The notes under the pieces: model-generated
Seen by the model: only the letters and a program-made list of their open reading frames with translations
What the model was told of the DNA's origin: nothing
Database searches by the model: none
Translations under genes and position numbers: made by a program
Part shown: in pieces, positions 55,469-64,000 of the stretch
How the letters are laid out: every line of letters starts with the position of its first letter
Position numbering within the stretch: the stretch's first letter is position 1
Source of the DNA: Octopus vulgaris
Lineage: Eukaryota
Direction of reading: 5' to 3'
NCBI GenBank assembly: GCA_951406725.2
Contig: OX597819.1
Coordinates: 96,348,001-96,412,000 of the forward strand
Length of the DNA: 64,000 nucleotides

Positions 55469-55530
<62 letters not shown>

Positions 55531-55632
55531 GTCTATCTATCTGTCTGTCTGTCTGTCTGTATGTCAGTCTGCCTGCCTATCTGTCTGTCTGAATATCTGT
55601 CTGTCTGTCTACCTGTGTTTCTGTCTGTCTGT

Positions 55633-55687
<55 letters not shown>

Positions 55688-55971
55688 AATGTTTATATAT
55701 GTAAGTATATATGCGCATGCGTGTGTGTGAGTGTTTATGGATGTGTGTGGGTATGTTTGGGTATGTTTGGGTGAGTGTGGGTGTGTGTGGATGTGTGCAA
55801 AAATATGTATTATATATGAACTCTTGTCTATCCCTCTTTCTATATATACATTTATGTGAAAATATATTGGTGAGAATATACGTATGTATATGTATGCATG
55901 TATCTATATATCTATCCGTATATAAATATATATATTTATGTCTATATATTCACAAATATTTAGGTGTACAC

Positions 55972-56026
<55 letters not shown>

Positions 56027-56319
56027 CACATACATGCATACATACTAACACAGATACACATGCATACACATACATATACGTACACAGATACACAAACACA
56101 CATATATAAGTATGAACGCAGAAACTCCATCGGAAAGAAGATCAATAGTCAATGGGAAGAGAGAGACAGTCGTATGATAAAGTTAAGTGACAGCAATACA
56201 TACATACATATATATATACATGTATATATATATATTTATATATAAACATATGTATATATATATATATATATACACATATACATATATATATATACATACA
56301 CACAGACTCTCACACACAC

Positions 56320-56375
<56 letters not shown>

Positions 56376-56671
56376 ACACACAGATATCATAGATGCAGCA
56401 AGAATAGTGTTGCTCTTTGGATGTTGTTAAAAGTTTGAGAGAAGGCAGATATTATGATCACTACCGAAAAAACTTTCTAAATAGGCTTATGTTCTCACAA
56501 TCTTCTTATACAGCACAACTAAATTTTGCACTCAGAAAGGCCAAATTATTATGTTATTCTCCGTAAGGAAATGTGATATACACTCACAGACACACACAAA
56601 TATATTTTCATATGCGTATAATATAGACATTCATGTACGTATGCATATGCATGCACATAATTGTATATATG

Positions 56672-56703
<32 letters not shown>

Positions 56704-56721
56704 TGTATGTATGTATGTATG

Positions 56722-56858
<137 letters not shown>

Positions 56859-56891
56859 TTATATGTATATATATAACTATATATATAAATA

Positions 56892-56932
<41 letters not shown>

Positions 56933-57216
56933 TATATATGATTATTTATGTATCTGTCTAACTATATTGAGATATAAATAAATAAATAGGAAGATTGATA
57001 AAAACAGATATGACATCATGGAAATAACAAGACGTAATACAAAGTATTACTGAATAAGGTTCACTTTCAGAGACTGAGAAATGGCTTTTTTTTTCTAACA
57101 GTTCGAAGTTTTGCCCTCAGTGGAAAGATAAAACGAGTTAAAATGGCTGAAAAAAAAAAATGTAAGCAGAGATTTTGAGGGAAGAATGTGGTAACGAATG
57201 TCATAGATCAGTGCCA

Positions 57217-57296
<80 letters not shown>

Positions 57297-57459
57297 CGTC
57301 CAATAACACTGTACTTATTCCACGTTCTCACGTTGTTGTTTTTTCTTGCTTGTTCATGTTTGGATTGACTACATACATACATACATACATACATACATAC
57401 ATACATACATACATACATACATACATACATACATACATACATACATACATACATACACA

Positions 57460-57630
57460 TAAACAACTTCAGAGATTTGGGAGGCATAGATGTGGATATC
57501 TTCAAAGAGCACCTGGACAAAATTTCTATCCGAAATCCCAGCTGAAAGCAAATCGTGGCAGGAGACACAAAGAAGAACGGCTCCGTTCAACTAGATTTTT
57601 CACACCAAACTGTACAAAAAGGAGACCCAT
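57460..57630 (+). mobile_element. CR1-type LINE 3' fragment
   Basis: RDLGGIDVDIFKEHLDK resembles the F-K-x-x-LD C-terminus of CR1 ORF2. Confidence 0.5.
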
Positions 57631-57789
57631 ACACACTGAAAAGCGTTGATTGCTCCAGTATGGTCCCAGCATTTGGTTCAAACCTGTGAAAGAAAAAAAG
57701 TAAAAGAGAAAAATTACATAATATATATGTATGTGTATAATTTAGATGTATATATAATTCTTTTGTTCTTTTATTTGGTTCAATGCCGG

Positions 57790-57976
57790 AGTAGCCTTTT
57801 GAAGTGTTTTTGTCGAACAATTAGACTTTTTTAAAGCTTAGTACTTATTTTATCGTTATCTTTCCCGAACCGCTAAGTTACAGAGACGTAAATACACCAA
57901 CACCTATTCTCAAGCTGTGATGGTGGGGGCAAACACAGACACAAAGACACATACACACACAGATACACGTACGCGC

Positions 57977-58024
<48 letters not shown>

Positions 58025-58212
58025 ACACACACACACACATATATGTATACGACGGGCTTAATTCTGTTTCCGTCTACGAAATCCACTCACAAAGCTTTGG
58101 TTGACCCGAAGCTAGAGTAGAAGTCACTTGCCCAAGTTTCCACGCAGTGGGACTGAACCCAGAACCATATGGTTAGGAAGTAAGCTTCTTACCACACAGC
58201 CACACCAGCACC
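57790..58212 (-). mobile_element. SINE family A
   Basis: Reverse-complement similarity. Confidence 0.8.
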
Positions 58213-58984
58213 TATAGCTTCATAACATACAGCCGCGCCTGCGCCTAGAAGTATTTACATTACATATATCTTTATGCTTATACATACATACATACATACA
58301 TACATGGTGGTGGCTGCCCCCTCGTTATCGAGTATGGTCATTGCACGAAGCTTAATCAATGTTGTTATCGTGCAATGCCTGTGCAAGAAGATTTTTTTTA
58401 AAGTGAGGAAAGGCTGTGCACTGAGTCAATCCCACTCACTAAGCAACAGCAGCCATAATCTGAAAAGAAGAACAAGTCAACATCATTGGTAACCACTGAA
58501 CCGCAGGTTTTATGTCGGAGTTATCCCAGTTACCTGAGTTACCTTCTAGAAAAATGCCCTAACAAAAGCTAGGAGTCCTTCACTCCCAATGGTTTAACCG
58601 TGCGATCGAGTATTCAGTACGATTATTTCTATGTCCCCGCGCATGATACTGCCTTAAGACATTTATAGGATGGCCGTTGACTCTCAAGAGTTCTTCCATA
58701 CATACATACATACATACATACATACATACATGCATACATACACACATACACACGTACACACATATACACATACACACATACACACACACACATACATACA
58801 CACACACACACCCACACACGCACACGCACACGCACACGTACACGCACACGTACACGCACACACACACACACCCACGCACACACGCGCACACGCGCACGCA
58901 CATACATACATACATACATACATACATACATGGATCATTTGAATAAATGGCAACTTGAAACTCAGTGGAACGATTCAAGGATAT

Positions 58985-59150
58985 TCTTTTCTACTCTAGG
59001 CACAAGGCCCAAAATTTTTAGGGAGGGGGCCAGTCGATTAGATTGACGCTAGTATGCAACTGGTACTTAATTCATCGACACCAAAAGGATGAAAGACAAA
59101 GTCGACCTCGGCGGAATTTGAACTCAGAACGTAGCGGCAGACGAAATACC
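58985..59150 (-). mobile_element. Nin-domain-like SINE (other decayed copies near 4200, 10600, 16340, 17270, 22990)
   Basis: Minus strand GAGTTCAAATTCCGCCGAGGTCGACTTTGTCTTTCATCCTTTTGGTGTCGATGAATTAAGTACCAG. Confidence 0.7.
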
Positions 59151-59621
59151 TATTTCTTTACTACCCACAAGGCGCTAAACACATATGTGTGTTTGCGCGT
59201 GTGTGTTTGTGTGCGTATGTAATTGTGTGAGGATGCAACATTGGTGAATACAGAATTAATTCTAAGGTTCGGTGTCACTGCTTTGCAGCATTACTGCGTC
59301 GCCGCATCTTGTGCAAGGGATTTTACCATAAATTTCTCTTCGGTGCAAGTCTTGTGAGACAGCTTGTGTAGACGGAAGCTGTTCGGAAACCTGTTGGACG
59401 GATTAAACAAGTCATTCAAAGGCATAAGCCTATCACGTGCTGTATCATGTCGACTCCACTGGTGATTTACATTAATGCAATCCCCGTCGACAGAATACTC
59501 AGTCACATATACGTTAATTAAATGAGTCTTTGTATTAATAGAGATTTAGTTACACAAAATCTTGCATATGAATATAATTCCTTGTAAGGTAAATACAACT
59601 GCGTTTTTGTACTTACACTAC

Positions 59622-59679
<58 letters not shown>

Positions 59680-59847
59680 ATATATGTATATATATATATA
59701 TATATCTCAGTGCATATATATGTACATATATATAAAAGTATATATATATATATATACTTGTATGCATATGTATATATATATACATATATGTATATACATA
59801 TATATGTATATATATATATATATATGTATATATATACTTATATGTAT

Positions 59848-59917
<70 letters not shown>

Positions 59918-60604
59918 GTACACATACATACGTATATACATATCTATATCTATCTGTCTATCTTTCTGTATGTATATGTATGTATATATAAATTCGTGTA
60001 CATGTCTCTGTGTGTGTACGTTTGTTTAATCACGTATCTGCCTCTCACACTTTTTATCTTACCAGCATCAGGCACATAAACATGCGTACACATAAACACA
60101 CGTGCACACAAACGCATACATGCATACATACATACATACATGATATATAGTCATTGTAAGCTGAGACGATAAGACGTGTTTTTACTCCTCTCTGCGCCGG
60201 TCAGCAGCAAGCTTCACAGCTACATTCGTCGTAATTGACCATCACATATATTCCTGTATATTTGAAACCACGCTTTTTCCCAACTCGTGAGTAGACTTTT
60301 CCTTAACCACAAACTATTTTCATAATTTTCAAACGACCAAATATTTTCAAACACCTTCTGATAACTAAAGGATCACCCACACATTAAAAATTAGAAAAAG
60401 AGGGGAAAAAAAAAGAAAAGAAAGATAAAATAACTACAAGCTCATAATTCAAATACAAACTTCTCAGTATTACAACAAACATTCTGTACAATCAATTCTA
60501 CATACTTCTCCTTAAAAAAAAAAAAAAAAAAATAATAATAATAATTAAAAGTAATCAACAAAACGAACGAACAAAATAAAATTTAATAAAACATATCAAC
60601 CAGA

Positions 60605-61833
60605 ATGGCTAGCCACCAAAAATCCAACAAAAACTGGTCTGATAATGAAGTCGACGTTCTTATCAACACATGGCATGGCCTTACCGAAACAGAGAGCATA
60701 GGTGCTTCGTGTCTGAACGAAATTGCTAAACGAACAGTTCACCATTTGCAAACTCGATCTGAACAGCAGATCCAAAATAAATTAAAACAAATCGAAGTTG
60801 CTTTTAAATTAATAAATAAACACTTCGATAAACTGAGATCTGTTTTCTCTTCCAACGCATCACCGGCGCAACAACAACAACAACAACCTCAACAACAACA
60901 AACTCAGCGGCAACAACAACAACAACAACAGTTACAGCAACAACAACAACTTCAGCAGCAACAACCTCAGAGGCAACAACAACAACCTCAACAACAACAA
61001 CAGGATGAACCACTCCTTGATTCATCTACAATGGCCGATTTGCTAAATGAAACGATTGACCCCCAGTCATCAGGGTCACACAGCAGGAAGCACCACCCCT
61101 TCCTTTCACTGCCCCAGCAGCTCAATCATCATCATTGTCAACACCATCTCCTCTGCTTACTACTACTAGTACTACTCCCACTATATATCGACAAACATCT
61201 TTGTCTTGGAATCGACCTCCTCAATCATTACCACCGTCAACATCTCTTCTACCTACTACTACTACTACTACTACAGCTACTACTACTAATGCTATCTCAA
61301 GGAAGTTACCTCCTACAGGTCACAAAGGTCGCCAAAACTTCAAACTATCATCTACACCTTTCACAGCTCACACACATACACGCACCTACACACCCACTCG
61401 AAACCCCATCATTTGCCGATATTCTCTTCGCCATAGACTGTGCACTGATAGAGACTGCAAATTCACCCATTTACCTGGAACAAAACGCTCTATCCCCACA
61501 AACTACAACAGCAACCACCATAATACAACATCACCACAACCACCAATATCTCAAACAAGGAATCCCCAAATCTGCCGCTATTCCCAGCGAGACAGATTGT
61601 GTTTGCACAGGGATTGCCCCTTTACCCATCTCCCGGGGACTCGTCGGACATTTAAAGATAACCACTCACATAAAAATAGCCGCAGCCACAGTCACCTGCG
61701 GTTCCCTAGACAGGAAACCACCTCTTCTTCCTCTTTTTTAGCTATAATGAATCTAGCAAAAGAACTGGAAAAAAACATCCGAGCTATCACCCACCGCCAT
61801 CCACCACTATTAACCCACTACACATGCCATTAA
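60605..61833 (+). CDS. LINE ORF1: Myb/SANT-like N-terminus, polyQ, Pro/Ser/Thr linker, two CCCH fingers; one frameshift near 61060
   Basis: WSDNEVDVLINTW...RSEQQIQNKLKQI in ORF 60605; ICRYS...LC..RDC.FTHLPGT twice in ORF 61135; adding one C to the CCCCC run joins them. Confidence 0.7.
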
Positions 61834-64000
61834 AAAGCAATCAAATAAACAAATCACCAAAACAATTAAAACCATCCACTCTCGCCTCAACATTTCTGCT
61901 TAATGCCCAAGGCATCAGCCCTTCCACCAATACACAAAAATGGAAGATAAGATTCCTGGAGGACTGGGTCGAGGCCCATCCAAACCACATCCCTTTCTTC
62001 GTCCTCACTGAAACCCATCTTAGTGACCTCCACTTGGAAGCCGAGGTGAAAGTTAAAAATTTCAAAACCATTCGTGCTGATCGTGTTGGCAGAAGAAAGG
62101 GTGGGACTGCCATTTATGTCCATGATTCATTCTCAACAGAAGCCATGAACATATTTTCGAATGGATACTGCGAAGCAGTCGCTGTATTCAGTCAAACCAA
62201 CAACTTAACAGTAGTTGGGCTCTACAGACCACCCCAAACGCCCCTACCATGCTTCAAGGAATGCCTCAACAGCATAAAGTGTTTCATTCAGCAGTGTCAA
62301 CCTGACAACATTTTAATGATGGGAGATTTCAACCTTCCCGGGGTTGACTGGTCTATAAACAGTCTGCCGCCAGGTTCTTCTCTCTCAACCCCTGACAGGG
62401 AGGCAGTGGAATCGCTTCTTGACTTCATGGATGACTTCTTCTTGTCCCAACTGGTACTCGAACCAACGAGATGTCACAAAAACGTCTTAGACTTAATTTT
62501 CAGCAATCACACTGATACTATCCACAATATTGCAGTGGAGAAAACCCTACTCTCCGACCATGACATGGTTCTCTGTGATCTGAGATTTCACTGGCCAAAA
62601 TGCAAAACAAATGTCATCCCTCCTGTTCATCCATTTGACACTATGGATTTCCACAATGCAAACTGGGAAGCGATCAATAATGATCTTGCACAAGTCGATT
62701 GGTCCTTCACGCACACATACACACCCACTAACATCAAAAAGTCCTGGCAGTCACTTGTAGACACCATCACGAACATATGTGCAAGACACACCCCATTAAG
62801 ATCTGCAAACAAATCTAAGTGTCGAATCCCTAGAAATAGAAAATCTCTCATAAGGAAAATTAAAAGAATCAACAAAAAGATCAACATGCTGAAATACTGT
62901 CAACAGCAACACACCAACCTGACTGCCATCTCGTCGCTAGAGATTAAAAAACATAAACTCCAAAACAACATGATGTCTATCATCAATAGTCAGCGAAGAG
63001 CTGAAGAGGCCTGGGCCATTGAGAAGATCAAACTCAATCCCAAAGTGTTCTTTTCATTTGCAAAAAAACACAGAGTCACTGGTTCTACTGTTGGCCCTCT
63101 GATTGATGAAAATGGTATTCTTCAAGACAATGCCAAAACCATGGGAGAAATATTGCAGAAACAATATTGCTCTGTTTTCAGCAATCCTGATATGACTGAT
63201 CTGGGCTGTATCAGTGATGTTACTCCCCAATACACTTTATCGGACATAACATTTGGCGCTGCTGATGTCTTAGCAGCAATAAAGGAAATGAAGCATAATT
63301 CAGCAGTAGGTCCCGATAGGTTCCCTGCTTGTGTCTTGAAGATGTGTCAAAACCAACTTGCACCCCCTCTAGCCAATCTGTGGCGGAACTCATTGGATGC
63401 TGGATATATACCAGAAGACCTTCTATCCCAGTCTGTTGTCCCAGTTTTCAAAAAAGGAAACAAATCGCTTGCCGTGAATTACCGTCCAATCTCACTCACC
63501 TCTCATATCATCAAGGTATTTGAGAGGGTGCTGAGATCGCGTATGACTCACTTCCTTGAGAGTCATAATATGCTGAACCCCAACCAGCATGGATTCCGTA
63601 ATGGGAGAGATTGCCTGACGCAGCTACTGCATCATTTTGATGACATTTTGAGAGCCTTGGGAGAGGGTTCCAACACTGATGTCATCTACCTTGATTTCAG
63701 CAAGGCCTTTGACAGGGTTGATCATAAGATCCTTCTGAGAAAGCTGTCCAATATTGGTGTCACTGGAAAGCTGCTGCAATGGATCAAGTGCTTCCTCTCT
63801 AACAGAACCCAACATGTTGTAGTCGAAGGAGTCAAATCCAGCCCAGCCAAAGTCAGCAGTGGTGTCCCACAAGGCACTGTGTTGGGCCCACTTCTCTTCA
63901 TCATCTACATAAATGATATTACTGACACCATCAAACACAGCAACATCAGAACCTTCGCTGATGATTCCAAGCTCCAGAAGGTCATCAATGGCGTGGATGA
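61824..64000 (+). CDS. LINE ORF2: APE endonuclease plus reverse transcriptase (partial, no stop in window)
   Basis: ATG 61824; LNAQG, LTETHL, GGTAIY, YRPP, GDFNLP, LDLIF, SDHDMV, GPD, NYRPISLTS, QHGFR, LDFSKAFD, SGVPQGTVLGPLLF, FADD; no stops by manual translation. Confidence 0.95.
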   Translation, partial: MPLKSNQINKSPKQLKPSTLASTFLLNAQGISPSTNTQKWKIRFLEDWVEAHPNHIPFFVLTETHLSDLHLEAEVKVKNFKTIRADRVGRRKGGTAIYVHDSFSTEAMNIFSNGYCEAVAVFSQTNNLTVVGLYRPPQTPLPCFKECLNSIKCFIQQCQPDNILMMGDFNLPGVDWSINSLPPGSSLSTPDREAVESLLDFMDDFFLSQLVLEPTRCHKNVLDLIFSNHTDTIHNIAVEKTLLSDHDMVLCDLRFHWPKCKTNVIPPVHPFDTMDFHNANWEAINNDLAQVDWSFTHTYTPTNIKKSWQSLVDTITNICARHTPLRSANKSKCRIPRNRKSLIRKIKRINKKINMLKYCQQQHTNLTAISSLEIKKHKLQNNMMSIINSQRRAEEAWAIEKIKLNPKVFFSFAKKHRVTGSTVGPLIDENGILQDNAKTMGEILQKQYCSVFSNPDMTDLGCISDVTPQYTLSDITFGAADVLAAIKEMKHNSAVGPDRFPACVLKMCQNQLAPPLANLWRNSLDAGYIPEDLLSQSVVPVFKKGNKSLAVNYRPISLTSHIIKVFERVLRSRMTHFLESHNMLNPNQHGFRNGRDCLTQLLHHFDDILRALGEGSNTDVIYLDFSKAFDRVDHKILLRKLSNIGVTGKLLQWIKCFLSNRTQHVVVEGVKSSPAKVSSGVPQGTVLGPLLFIIYINDITDTIKHSNIRTFADDSKLQKVINGVD

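Larger units (their letters stand above)
60149..64000 (+). mobile_element. Young CR1-clade LINE with 5' UTR, extends beyond window
   Basis: 5' UTR, ORF1 and an uninterrupted ORF2. Confidence 0.9.

Noticed and set aside
59230-59620. Possible adenain-like protease remnant
   Set aside because: Catalytic motifs are not convincingly present.

Overview
Eukaryotic, AT-rich, repeat-saturated DNA, almost certainly from an octopus (inferred from the tRNA-derived SINE families and the extreme microsatellite density). No intact host gene is visible, and most short ORFs in the track are microsatellite or SINE artefacts. Decayed transposons include two hAT, mariner, Tc1, several MITEs, Penelope-like, R4/Dong and Tx1/L1 fragments. 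A young CR1-clade LINE with an uninterrupted EN-RT ORF2 runs off the right edge. The most notable signals are four: (1) a ~355-nt hammerhead-ribozyme monomer at 26.5-27.2 kb, circularly permuted, rod-folding and present as a head-to-head inverted pair (retrozyme / Penelope pLTR-like); (2) a head-to-tail train of ORF1-only, HAL1-like retroelements docked on a Tx1-like LINE; (3) a tentative fossil Polinton-like virus with several tandem penton-like genes at 40-51 kb; (4) a CR1 ORF1 with Myb/SANT-like, polyQ and twin CCCH zinc-finger regions. All family calls come from motif recognition by eye; no searches were run.
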